Below, in pieces: positions 44,780 to 54,982 of a DNA stretch of 64,000 nt; the stretch's first letter is position 1; each line of letters starts with the position of its first letter. Location of the stretch: positions 9,645-73,644 of IMG/VR virus record IMGVR_UViG_3300010401_000003. One strand, given 5' to 3'. The notes below the pieces were generated by a model. It did no database searches and had not been told where the DNA came from. It saw only the letters and a list, made by a program, of their open reading frames with translations. The DNA comes from a virus. A program made the translations under genes and the position numbers.

Positions 44780-45409
44780 TTACGCGGTCGGGGAAACGTT
44801 TGTGCCGTTGGGTTTGGCGGCCGCCGGCTCTTCGTCGTCTTCGTCGTCGTCGTCGTCGGCGGTCTCTTCGGCCTGCACGACTTCGATGAGCTCGACGAGC
44901 TCTTTGGCGAGAATGCGATCGACCTCGCAAAATTGCTTCAAACGCGGGAAGCGCTCGTCGACCCAAGAGTTGATCTGCTCGTCGAGATCCGGATCGGGGC
45001 CGGGCGGGATCAAATCCTGATTGAGCGTATTCATCATTTTCCCGAACATATCGATGGCGTCGTTGAAGCCTTGCGTACGGCAAAGGCGCGCCACGTTGTC
45101 GGCGGGGATCTCGTGCACTTGCGTCTCTTCGGGGCACGCGGGGCAGCCCGCGCGGTTAAGGGGCTGGCACTCAGGACACATGCCGGGGTTTTTGATGCCG
45201 TGCATGCCGGCGGCATCGCGCATCAGCACGTAGTAGCGCTCGGGGCGGATGGTCTTCGTCAAGCCGTGGAAGCTTTCGACGATTTCCGACTCGTAGCCGA
45301 TCAGCCAGATGATGCCGCGGATGTTTTCTTTGCCCGTGTTGGGCCATTCTTCGTTGCAGGTGTAGACCGTGCCGTCCTTGCAAATCAGGCGGAAGTACTG
45401 TCGTTGCAT
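44780..45409 (-). CDS. Hypothetical protein with CxxC-CxxC and acidic tail
   Basis: CPEC..CPAC; poly-Asp/Glu tail. Confidence 0.6.
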   Translation of the reverse strand: MQRQYFRLICKDGTVYTCNEEWPNTGKENIRGIIWLIGYESEIVESFHGLTKTIRPERYYVLMRDAAGMHGIKNPGMCPECQPLNRAGCPACPEETQVHEIPADNVARLCRTQGFNDAIDMFGKMMNTLNQDLIPPGPDPDLDEQINSWVDERFPRLKQFCEVDRILAKELVELIEVVQAEETADDDDDEDDEEPAAAKPNGTNVSPTA

Positions 45410-45609
45410 CGATTACCGGCTCGCTTTCCCAGTGCACAAAATAGACACAAGCTCGGCGGGAGCGCCATAGGCCACAAAAAATCACGGCCACCTCGATCGC
45501 CCCGGCGGGTGGTGTTGTTTCCCTATATGGGAGACTCCGCCGAGCGCAACAGAAGTGGCCGAGACGAGAATCCGCGGTGAGCAGTCCTCGACGGCGAGGG
45601 TAGGCACTC

Positions 45610-47139
45610 TCACGCTGAAGCGCAAGTGGTGGAGAGTAGGTCGAAAAGAGTCGGGATTGGTGGGCCGCGAGCTCGAGTCACGTCCGGCCGCGGTGGAGCG
45701 TGCGGGCGCAGGGAGTCGATCGCGCCACAAGCTCGGCACTCGCAGTGCTGTTTTACCCAGAATTTTCGGCTAGCTGTGATGAGGCGCCCAGAATCGAGGC
45801 CGCAATAGACGGCGGAAAAAAGCCACGGGCTCATGAACACCGCGCCGTTTTTTCCCGACTCGATGTCTTTGGTCAGGTATTTGATGAGCTCGAGACCGAG
45901 GTCGAAGCCATCGACCGTGGCAGAATTCCCCCGCGGGGTCACGCGCTTGATGTGGACCATCGGGTAGGGGAGCCTCTGCGGCTGGTAGCGCGCCCAGGTC
46001 AGCGCGACTTCGTCGTTTGCCGCCTGGAGCTCCGCGACCACGGCCTTCTTGTCCATCCAAGCGTGCTCCGGCCAGTGCTCTTTCGGGAAGCCCGCTTTCA
46101 TCAGAGCGCGGCCCCACATGGCGCGAATGATCTGCACGCGAAGGAATGGCGAAAGAAGCCAAATGTGGATATGCACGTGCCCGAGCTCGTCGCGGCCGGT
46201 GGTCGCTTCGATCACACGCACGAACGAAATCAGATCGAGACCGGGATGTACGTTGCCTTTTCTCTTGAAGCGATTGCGAAGCGAATTCCAAAATCGACTC
46301 CACGCGTTTCGCACAAGATAGGCTTGCGCGTCGGGCCCGCGAAGCACCTTCCATGAGACTGTGCCGTCGGGGTTTTCGATCTTCGCCATGATGGATTGCT
46401 CCATCGTCAAGTGCGGACAGGTGAGCGTGATGAAGCGCTCGACCAGCGGATCGGATTTGACCTGACCGGGACCGAGGCGTGCGTCACGCACTCGTTGCAG
46501 GGCGTTTATGCGTGAGAGGGTGAAGCGCTTTCGGTTTTTCTTGATCTTGATTTGCCGGCAGTCGTGACAGAGCAGGATCGCTCCGCACATTTTTTTCAGC
46601 ACTAGAGGATTGCCGGCAGCGTCGGCGCATTGGTTTTTGCAATGCACGCACTGCAAGATGCCGCGCTCTTCTTTGCCGCACTCAGCGACGCGCTTGAAGC
46701 GCTCCTCTTGGCCTTTCGCTCGATGGGCGTGCCAGCGGCTATCGATGCGGCGATCGCACTCTTCGAAGATTCGGGTGATGTAGTCGCTGGTGAGCTCGTT
46801 GACTTCGCGCAGCAAACGCGCGGCGCCGCGGGTGCGCTGACGGATCTGCGTGTCCCAGCGGCGGAGGATCTTTTTTATTTCGGGCGTGCCGCCCGGCAGC
46901 GCTCGCCGCTTGGCGAGAGGTCCGCAGCCGCGCTCGTCATCCAGGGCTTGGCGGATGGTGTTCCGGACGAAGAGCGCCTCCTCGCTTCGCTGTTGACCCT
47001 TGTCGGAGATTCGGTCAGCGCGGTCTTTTCGGTGCGGGCGTGTGAAGCGCTCGGCGTCTGTTAGCCACCAATCGGGCTTTTGTTTGAGGCTCTTTGCGCG
47101 CGCGACCGGATTTGTGAGCGCAAAGACCGCGGCTTGCAT
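45610..47139 (-). CDS. rep: Rolling-circle replication initiator (HUH endonuclease) with Zn-binding domain
   Basis: Motif I FITLT, motif II HVHIHIW, motif III KYLTK in order; Cys cluster CVHC..C..LCHDC upstream; C-terminal CECRAC. Confidence 0.8.
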   Translation of the reverse strand: MQAAVFALTNPVARAKSLKQKPDWWLTDAERFTRPHRKDRADRISDKGQQRSEEALFVRNTIRQALDDERGCGPLAKRRALPGGTPEIKKILRRWDTQIRQRTRGAARLLREVNELTSDYITRIFEECDRRIDSRWHAHRAKGQEERFKRVAECGKEERGILQCVHCKNQCADAAGNPLVLKKMCGAILLCHDCRQIKIKKNRKRFTLSRINALQRVRDARLGPGQVKSDPLVERFITLTCPHLTMEQSIMAKIENPDGTVSWKVLRGPDAQAYLVRNAWSRFWNSLRNRFKRKGNVHPGLDLISFVRVIEATTGRDELGHVHIHIWLLSPFLRVQIIRAMWGRALMKAGFPKEHWPEHAWMDKKAVVAELQAANDEVALTWARYQPQRLPYPMVHIKRVTPRGNSATVDGFDLGLELIKYLTKDIESGKNGAVFMSPWLFSAVYCGLDSGRLITASRKFWVKQHCECRACGAIDSLRPHAPPRPDVTRARGPPIPTLFDLLSTTCASA

Positions 47140-47152
47140 GGATCCGCGGTGC

Positions 47153-47467
47153 TCAGACTGGCAAGCGGGCGCGGATCTGGGTTTTCAGGATCCCACGCAC
47201 GTCGATGGCCGCACGGTGACGCACTTCGAAGGCGGTAGCGTGCGGGGCACGCAGCCGCGCTTCGTAGCGCGCTTGGTCGAAAATCTCGACGATCGACAGA
47301 TCGGAGACTCCGAGAAGGATGAGCGCGTAGCGGAGCTCGGACTCGAGCGCGAGTGCATCGGTCTCGAGCGCGGCGTCGCGAATTGCGTCGTTGACTAAAT
47401 GCTCTGCGGGCTCAGTGATCCGGTCGGACGGAAGCCACGCGGGAAACAACACCATCGGAACGGCCAC
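47153..47467 (-). CDS. Hypothetical protein
   Basis: Co-oriented ORF upstream of rep. Confidence 0.4.
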   Translation of the reverse strand: MAVPMVLFPAWLPSDRITEPAEHLVNDAIRDAALETDALALESELRYALILLGVSDLSIVEIFDQARYEARLRAPHATAFEVRHRAAIDVRGILKTQIRARLPV

Positions 47468-47515
47468 CGTAAACGCGTGGCCGATCGAAGGTCAACAAAC
47501 GGGAGAAAGAAAAAT

Positions 47516-47959
47516 TCACCAGTTCTTTTGGCGCCAATTTGGATCGCAGGTGTCGAGAATCGCCACAGCCAAGAGCGCCACGCAGCGGCGGATCTTCACA
47601 GCGTTTGCTGAAGAAACGTCACGCATCCCACCGATCATCAATAGCAAAGAAGCGCCCCGCATGAACGACGCGGCGTTGCTCAGCACGGCGCCGGTGGCGA
47701 CATGCTCGAGCGAAGACCAGTCGGGAGCGTTGTCGGCGCGTGTTGCAATCGTGTACGCCTGGAGGCGGCGCTCCGACCAAAACGCTTGTAGACCGCCGCG
47801 CGCGGCGGTCGCCAGCGCCGCGGCCGCGTCGCTGTAGCCGCGCGCCTCGAGCCAGCGCGCAGCTCGCAGAAATTCGGGTGACGCGCGAAATTGCCGTTGT
47901 CTTCCCCGAGCCGCCTTTCGATAGCGATCGACGTCCGGTCCTTCGGGCGGCTCAACCAC
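47516..47959 (-). CDS. Hypothetical protein
   Basis: Co-oriented ORF. Confidence 0.4.
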   Translation of the reverse strand: MVEPPEGPDVDRYRKAARGRQRQFRASPEFLRAARWLEARGYSDAAAALATAARGGLQAFWSERRLQAYTIATRADNAPDWSSLEHVATGAVLSNAASFMRGASLLLMIGGMRDVSSANAVKIRRCVALLAVAILDTCDPNWRQKNW

Positions 47960-48130
47960 GCTCGGCCTTTGGAACTGCCGGCGGCGCCGGCGGGGCGGGA
48001 TCGGTCGGCGCTTCCGCCGGCTCGGTGGGCCGAGCGGGCGGGAGGATCGGAGGAACCGTCCCCGGAGGGGTCGGTTTCCAAGGTTTTGAAGGGGTTTCCG
48101 GTTTTGTAGGCGGCTCGTCCGGCGGGAAGC

Positions 48131-48463
48131 TCATGGCGATTTTTCCGGATCGTCGGGACCTACGGCCATTTCTCGCAAAATTCCGTCGATCGTTGTGACC
48201 ACGTGGGTTTTCAAAATGTACCTAACCGTGCGTAACATTTCGATTCCCACCACGTGCTCGGGGATCTCTCCTTTCGGATCTTGAGAAAGCTCTCGGAAAT
48301 TTTCAATTATTTCGAGGCATACGGCGATTTGTTTGGCGAGATTGTCGGCGTTGCTATCGGCCAGAAGCTCTTCCGCCCGCTCGATCATGACTTTGGTCGA
48401 GGCACGCTGGGCGTCGAACACGCGATTTTGCTTGGCACGCTTCTTGGGGCTGAATCTTTTCAT
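48131..48463 (-). CDS. Hypothetical protein (lower GC)
   Basis: Helical ORF with natural amino-acid composition. Confidence 0.5.
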   Translation of the reverse strand: MKRFSPKKRAKQNRVFDAQRASTKVMIERAEELLADSNADNLAKQIAVCLEIIENFRELSQDPKGEIPEHVVGIEMLRTVRYILKTHVVTTIDGILREMAVGPDDPEKSP

Positions 48464-48823
48464 ATGGTTACCGATGTATGGTCATTTCGTTTTTCACAGT
48501 TGTTCGATTCTGTATCGAGCAGAGAGATCAGAACAGAGCGCCGCGCGAAGCATCGGGCCAATCGCTTCCCAGCCGCGTCTCTCGCGCCGCGATGTTTTGG
48601 CAGATCCAGCCTAGCTTTTCGCGCTCGGCGAGCGCATTGGCCAAGCGGATCAGCTTTTTTCTGACCCGCGGAGAGTGCTTGTATCCGAGTGCAATACGGC
48701 GGAGTCGTTCGGATTTTCTCTCGGCTCGAATGACGAATCGGTGCCGCGTAGCCCACTGCGCATCGTCGGCTTCGGCCGATTGAATTTGACTCGGTCTCAT
48801 AAATTTGTGCATCGTGAAACTCC

Positions 48824-49255
48824 GTGAAACCGGTTGGCCATCGACACACGGAGGCGCTTCGGGCGGAACTGGCCCGGTGCTGGTGTCCTTGGCACAAGGC
48901 TTACCATCCGCGCGAGGAATTCGCCGTGTTCCGGGGCAAGCGCGACCGGTATTGCCGCGAGGCGCGCCGGGCTTACCAGCGGGAGTACTGGATCCGGAGC
49001 AATGGCACGGACAAGCGAAACGAGCGTTACTCGCAAGATCCCGAATTCAGGGATAAAGTTCGGGCGCGCTCGCGATTGGGGGGCAAGATCGCGCGCGGAA
49101 CGCTCCTGCGAGGAGAGTGCGAAGGCTGCGGGACTACTGAGAATGTCCATGGGCATCACGAAAGCTACGACAAGGACTGGATTATTTGGCTTTGTGCCAA
49201 GTGCCACGCCAAGCATCACCGGCGGGATTTTTTAGTTCGGATTGACGCGGCCTAG
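48824..49255 (+). CDS. HNH-like Zn-finger endonuclease
   Basis: CEGCG..VHGHHESYD..WLCAKCHAKHH. Confidence 0.7.
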   Translation: MKPVGHRHTEALRAELARCWCPWHKAYHPREEFAVFRGKRDRYCREARRAYQREYWIRSNGTDKRNERYSQDPEFRDKVRARSRLGGKIARGTLLRGECEGCGTTENVHGHHESYDKDWIIWLCAKCHAKHHRRDFLVRIDAA

Positions 49256-49305
49256 TCTCTCTCTGTTACGGGGATGGGCACCATTCGGGAGCGCAGACTG
49301 CGCCT

Positions 49306-50472
49306 TCACTTGCAGCCAAAACTTGCTGAAGTCCTTAGCTCTTTCGCCCGCTCCATCTGCTCGACGACGCTCTTGGCCACGGCGGCAGCGAGCGCCGGCG
49401 GCATGGCTTGGCCGATTTGCGACCAGCGCGAAATCTTGGTTTTCCCCGCGAACATCCAATCCTCAGGGAATCCTTGAAGGATCGCGGCCGCGAGCTCGGA
49501 AAGCACGACGGCGTTTGGTTGCGAGAGGATCGATCCCGTTTCGGGGTGATGACCGGGCGGCGGCAGGGCGGCGCGCGTGGTCACGGTGGTCGCGGGGCGT
49601 TCCCAGGGCCATTCGCACATGGACGCGCCTTGGGAGACGCGGCCGCCGTTGCACTTGATCACGAAGGCCGGATCGTCGGCGCTCGAGATGGGGTGCCGCG
49701 GGTGAGCATCGAGCACGACGCGCTCGCGACCGGTGCGCGAAGCGGTGACAGTTTTCCCGGGCTGGTCGGGGACGTGCTCGCGGGTCGAGCCGTCTTTACC
49801 GCGGATGCGACCGCGGGTTTTGACGGTGCGACCGATTTTTGCGGGTGGCAGGTGTGAAAGCGCCTGTTTCACGGTCACCCACGGCTCGAGGCGCGCGACG
49901 CCCGGCAAACCGAGCAGATGCGGCGCGCAGTGGGAGCGCTCGGGCCAGCGGATGCACGGCCCCGATTGGTGGCCAAACCAAAACGGCCGGACGCGGTGTT
50001 GAGGGACGCCGAAATCCGCGGCGTCGAGGCTCGCGTAGTCGAGCACGCAATAGTCCTGACCGCCGAGAAAGGTCCCGATGAGCGCCTGGACGATCGGCCA
50101 ATTGTCGGCCGTGTCGAGGCCGGGGACGTTGCCGATCAGGTAAGCGTGGGGTCGGAGCGCCGCGATGATTTCGCAGGTCTCGCGCAGCATGTCGCGTTCG
50201 TCTTTGGGGCCTAGGCGTTTGCCGGCGAGCGAGTAGGGCGTGCACGGCGGATCGGCGACGATGAGATCGATCGGCGAGCTCGGCGACCAACCGGTTTTCA
50301 CGAGCCGCAAGAGATCGCGCGCGTCCATTTGGATCGGCCGGTGGCCGAGGTTTTTTTCGTACGAGTCGCAAGCGTTGGGGTCTTTGTCGAACGCCCACGC
50401 AAACTCGACGCCCGCGCGGCGAAAGCCCTCGGCCATCCCGCCGGAGCAACAGAATATTTCGAGCGCCTTCAT
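49306..50472 (-). CDS. DNA cytosine-5 methyltransferase (atypical motifs)
   Basis: FCCSGG (I), DPPC (IV), GNVPG (VI), PQHRVR (VIII), LQGFP (IX), QIGQAMPP (X). Confidence 0.85.
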   Translation of the reverse strand: MKALEIFCCSGGMAEGFRRAGVEFAWAFDKDPNACDSYEKNLGHRPIQMDARDLLRLVKTGWSPSSPIDLIVADPPCTPYSLAGKRLGPKDERDMLRETCEIIAALRPHAYLIGNVPGLDTADNWPIVQALIGTFLGGQDYCVLDYASLDAADFGVPQHRVRPFWFGHQSGPCIRWPERSHCAPHLLGLPGVARLEPWVTVKQALSHLPPAKIGRTVKTRGRIRGKDGSTREHVPDQPGKTVTASRTGRERVVLDAHPRHPISSADDPAFVIKCNGGRVSQGASMCEWPWERPATTVTTRAALPPPGHHPETGSILSQPNAVVLSELAAAILQGFPEDWMFAGKTKISRWSQIGQAMPPALAAAVAKSVVEQMERAKELRTSASFGCK

Positions 50473-51427
50473 CTGCTCACCGCGTTCTCTCCTTCATGAT
50501 TTCGCGTAAACGCGCCTCCGCTACTTCGCGCGTCAAGTACGCTTTGTCAGGCGGCATGGGCAGCAATTGTCCGACGCCCACGATGACTAAGAGCTCGTCG
50601 TTGCTCTCGGACCACACCTCAGCCTCGAAGACCGCGGGGTCTCCGCCGTCTTCACGACCGATCACGTAAACCCGGCGTCGGGTGTTCATGCTTGGGCGCC
50701 CTCTCGAATTTTTCGTGCTCACCGCGTTCTCCTTCAGTCGGCCGCCGGGTTTCTGCGAATTTCTTTGACTCGATATTCGGCGAGCCCGCGATACTCGCCT
50801 CGTTCGGGATCGAGAAGCTTTGGCCGCTCGTGCGTGCAGAGCCACCACCAACCCTCGCTGCTGTTCGGGGGACGGCTGGGGCAGCCAGTCACCTCGCAGA
50901 TATGCGCGACGTGGGCGGCGCTCGCAGCTTGCAGCGCTTTCGCGTACTCCTCCGCCATTTCGCCTTCATCGAAAACGGCCACGGGCCACGTCCGATAGTC
51001 GTCGTAGATGCCGCTCGAGCCGCTTACCAGATAAACCTTGCAGGCCATTATGCTTGCGCTCCTTCATGAAGTTGCACGCGCACGCGCGCCCAAAACCGTT
51101 GCTCCTCTTGCACGCAACCGACGACGCACCGGAGCATGCCCATGGCTTCCACCGCGTCTACTTCGCAAAGCCAAGGCGTCACCTCCTCGAACATCGCCGG
51201 GACGTCGTGCTGGAGCTCGACGATGAGCCCCGCGCGCTTTTCGATTTCCATGACGATCACGGAGATGTCTTCGCCTACGCAGAAGAGGAATCCGAAGAGC
51301 TCAGTCAGGGGCTTTCCGTTTTCCTCGACTTGGGCGCAGAGAATTTCATGCGCGCTTTCGATGATGAGGTTGATCCACGTTTCGTCCGCGTCGCTCGCGT
51401 TGTCGGTCAGGCATTTCACCGCCATGG

Positions 51428-51682
51428 TCAGACCCTCACTGGCACCCAAAGCGGAAACGACACCGCGCCATCGGTGGCGAGCCGGATCTTGTCCGCGAAT
51501 TCGACGCTCACGCGCCGCTCGGGATCCTTCAGTTGCATCAAATGTCGGAAGTCGCGGTCGGACAGGCCCGCCTTCTTGGCAAACGCCGTGCGCGTCATTC
51601 CGTGGTCGCTGATCCAGCGGTCTAGGATGTCGTAAGCCAGGATTTGACAAGCCATGGGGCCTTCCCTCCGTGGGTACACCAC
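51428..51682 (-). CDS. Cro/XRE-like HTH protein
   Basis: GMTRTAFAKKAGLS..RRVSVEFADKIRLATDGAV. Confidence 0.7.
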   Translation of the reverse strand: MVYPRREGPMACQILAYDILDRWISDHGMTRTAFAKKAGLSDRDFRHLMQLKDPERRVSVEFADKIRLATDGAVSFPLWVPVRV

Positions 51683-53589
51683 TCGCGCAGTCCGCGCACG
51701 ATCGCCTCGAGCTCGTGAATGCGCTCGAGCGGCGCGGCTTCAGCGTCGATTTGCGTGACGCTAACGTCCGCGCCCGGATGCCAGCACGCGGCTTCGGCCC
51801 ACCAGGCGTGGCCGCGCATCGAGACGCAGAGCACACCAAACTCGTCCACTTCGGCTTCTACTTTCATCGTTCCCCTAACATGCGTTTGATTTCTTCCCAG
51901 GTATAGCCCGCGTGGCTGCCGAGGTAGCCGAGCGCGTAGGCGGCCCGCTCGGTCAAGCTTCCGTTGATGGCGAGCGCGACTCGACACGCGCGCCGAAACA
52001 CGATGCGGCGGCTCGGCTTCGGCATGGTCCGTTTTTTCTTCCGGCGCCGCAGCCTCACGTGCCGTCGAATCACTCGAGCCGCTCCACGTGGATGCGGTAG
52101 ATCGGCGACCGCTTCTTTTCCTCGAAGACCACGCGCTTGCCGCGCTTTCGCTCGCGCGGAACGATCGCGCAGCCTTGCTTCGGATCAAACTCGGTGTGCC
52201 AGTAGGCGCCCGGGCCGAAAAGCTTGCGGAGCGCGAGCGTGCGCGCCTCGAGCCGATCGTCGGCTTCCACTTGGCACTCGAGCGTCGATCCCTTCCGCTT
52301 CAGTTGGATGATAAACGTGCTCATGTCTCGGCCTTTCCCTTCGCCACTTCCGCTTCCAATGCGACCACGCGCGCCTCGAGCTCCTCGGCGGCTTTGGCGA
52401 TGCCCACCAGAAGCGCGGCGAATCCCGAGGTCACGCCTTGCCGTTGCGCTTCACGCGCGTGCTGTTTGACTCGCTCCTCGAACGTCATCGGGTCACCTCG
52501 TTTCGGGGTTCGGAGCATTTCGTTATCCGATCCATAGCCACGTCTCCCCCGGGCTCAGCAATCCTCCCGATTCAAGCTCGGCCTCGAATTCGTCGATGTC
52601 GTGTGCTTCGGCTTCGTCCACGAGATAACGGGCAATCTTCTTGCCGATCGGGCAGTAGACGCCGCTCGAGGAGGCGTTCAGGCGGATCCAGACGCGGACG
52701 CGGGTTGCTTTCTTGATCGCGGCGCGGAGTTCGTCACCGGTCATCCGACGCCTATCTTGCAGATCGCCTCGAGCAAGTCGGCCGCGGTGTGGAAGTAGAG
52801 CGTCACGATCGGCTCGCCGTCGGGCGCGTACACGCCGAGCACGTAGCCGCTCGCCCCGTCGGCTTCGGTCACGAGCAAGTAATGCTGGCCGACCGAACGC
52901 GTCCACTCCGGGCCGCCCGCGCCGCAGCCGTACTCAAAGCCGCTTTCGCGTAACGCTTGGTCGTCGGGGATCACGACGCGGCCTCGATCGCGCGCCAGAG
53001 ATCGACCAGCGTGGTCCGGTCGAGCTCGATCGAGTGCACGACCCCCTTTCTGTCAAACACGTAGATCAGAAAGACGCGCTCACCGTTGACGGTCGAGCTC
53101 GTGACGGTCGCGTTTGCGTCAGGGCGTACGCCCATGGTGGCGGGCGGCCACGGCGCCGCGAGCGCGTCGAGCGCGTCGAGGATCTCCGGGATGTGATCGG
53201 CGGGCGAAACTATGTCTCGGCCGCTGCTTAGCAGGCGCGCGCTCGTGCGCTCTTTGATGCGTTCGGAAATCTTTTTCATAGCGGATCCCAGATCCTTTCG
53301 ATGAGGCGCACCATCGGAGCCCCACTGGCATCGCTGATTACGGCTGTCCGAGAAGGTGCGTGCCACTCGACCGAATCGAGCCCGCGCGGCGCGTAGATGC
53401 GGAGCACTGCTAGGGCGTGTTCGAGCTCGACGTGGGACGCCTCCCAAAACATCAGCACAGTGCCGCCGTAGTCGATTTCCTCCCAGTCTTCGATCGGCTC
53501 CCCGGGCTTCCAATCGGCGTACGTCATACCGGGCGGAAGGATTTCCACGCCATAGCGCACCAAGCGCCGCTTCGCGTCTCGACGCGCCC

Positions 53590-53889
53590 TTAGTTCGGCC
53601 GACACGCGGGCGCCTCGCAGTGGAACCCGGCCACGCAATCGCAATCATGCGCGCACGGCCAAGCGCATTTCCCATAGGTGAGATTGCAGCGATGTCCGCC
53701 GCAATCGTCGTCGCTATCGCACGCGAACGCCAACTCGGCCGGCACGACTTCGCAGACCGAGTAAACGGGCTTGTAGCCGTCGGCCGAGGCGGCCGCGTCG
53801 GCCGCCTCCGTTCCATCGGGCGTGTTGATCGACGACGACGAGCAGGCCGCGAGCGCGAGCGCGACAAGCGCCGCGCGGATCACGGCCAC
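53590..53889 (-). CDS. Cys-rich lipoprotein (myxobacterial style)
   Basis: LVALALAAC lipobox; CDSDDDCGGHRC..CAHDCDCVAGFHC. Confidence 0.65.
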   Translation of the reverse strand: MAVIRAALVALALAACSSSSINTPDGTEAADAAASADGYKPVYSVCEVVPAELAFACDSDDDCGGHRCNLTYGKCAWPCAHDCDCVAGFHCEAPACRPN

Positions 53890-54136
53890 ACCCGACCTGT
53901 AACAGTCGCGTTGACGCCACCGAGTTGTTTTGCGCGCTTGGCCGCCGCAATCGCCGACGTCCGCCGGTGAAATCCAAACTCCAGGTCCCGCCAGCCCTCC
54001 GTAAACGAAAACCCCGCTCCGTCGTGCCGACGTCCTACGGCCGCACAGATCGCCTTGTCTCGCTCGCGATCGAATCCTTTATATTCCACCATCACCGAGA
54101 ACGGGGGCGGGGGCTTCCAGCGGACTTTCTGCTTTT

Positions 54137-54982
54137 TCATTTGGGTTCCCCCACGAACGTCTCGGCGATGCGCTCGGCCAATTGCCAGGCATTCCAGCCG
54201 GGGAAGCGTTGCCACGCGCCCGCGCTCGGAGACCAGCGAAAGCCGCTCGACTTGCAAAGCTTCCGGATTTCCTCGCTGGGCTTGCCCGGGAAGTAGATCC
54301 GGACGCGGTTTTCCTCTTCTGCGATGCGCACCTCGCCGATTTGCTTCGCTTTCGGCTCTGCCGCGCGTGCCATTCGGAGCGATTCGATGCGCCCCCGGAG
54401 CCGTTTTAGCTCGCCGCTGCTATTGGTGAGGCGATACGCGGGGATCCCGGTACGCCCGGCAAAGTCGGGCGTGAGCAACTCTTCGATCTTTTCAGCGCCG
54501 AGACCAAGCTCCGCGAGCGCGCCGCGGGGGTGCTTGCTGCGCACGGCGCGATTAACGCGCTTCCAAAAGTCGCGCGCTGCCTCGAGTTCGCGCACGCGCG
54601 CCTCGAGCTTTTCGACCGCGTCGGGATCGTCCGATGAGATTGCGCGGTTTTCCTCAGCCGTGTCTGCGCGCCGGTCGAGCGCGTCGGCTACCTTCACCGC
54701 TTCGAACCCCTTGCGGTAGTTGGTTTCGATGCGGCCGCGGTAGCGGCGATCGCGGCCTTCCGAATGATGCCCGACCAGGATCGGCTGACCGAGCGGAATG
54801 ATGCTCGCCATTTGATGCGCGCGCTCTACACGCGCCTCGCCTTCCTTCCGGAGCCGCTCGGCCCGCGCTCGGAGCCTCTCGACTTTCGCCGCGCGCTTTT
54901 CCTCGAAGGCGAGCCGCTGGGCCGCGCGCTCGGCCGACTCGTCAATGCCTTGGATTACTTGCTCATGGGTTAATCGTCTCAT
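54137..54982 (-). CDS. DUF3560-family protein
   Basis: IPLGQPILVGHHSE..ISSDDPDA..YRLTN..FPGKP..GFRWSPS. Confidence 0.85.
   Translation of the reverse strand: MRRLTHEQVIQGIDESAERAAQRLAFEEKRAAKVERLRARAERLRKEGEARVERAHQMASIIPLGQPILVGHHSEGRDRRYRGRIETNYRKGFEAVKVADALDRRADTAEENRAISSDDPDAVEKLEARVRELEAARDFWKRVNRAVRSKHPRGALAELGLGAEKIEELLTPDFAGRTGIPAYRLTNSSGELKRLRGRIESLRMARAAEPKAKQIGEVRIAEEENRVRIYFPGKPSEEIRKLCKSSGFRWSPSAGAWQRFPGWNAWQLAERIAETFVGEPK

Larger units (their letters stand above)
50477..54140 (-). other. Cluster of ~13 small coupled hypothetical genes (e.g. 50477-50722, 50734-51048, 51048-51425, 51622-51867, 52070-52324, 52523-52744, 52741-52974, 52971-53279, 53880-54140)
   Basis: Consecutive short minus-strand ORFs with overlapping start/stop codons, typical of a phage early region. 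Confidence 0.55.
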
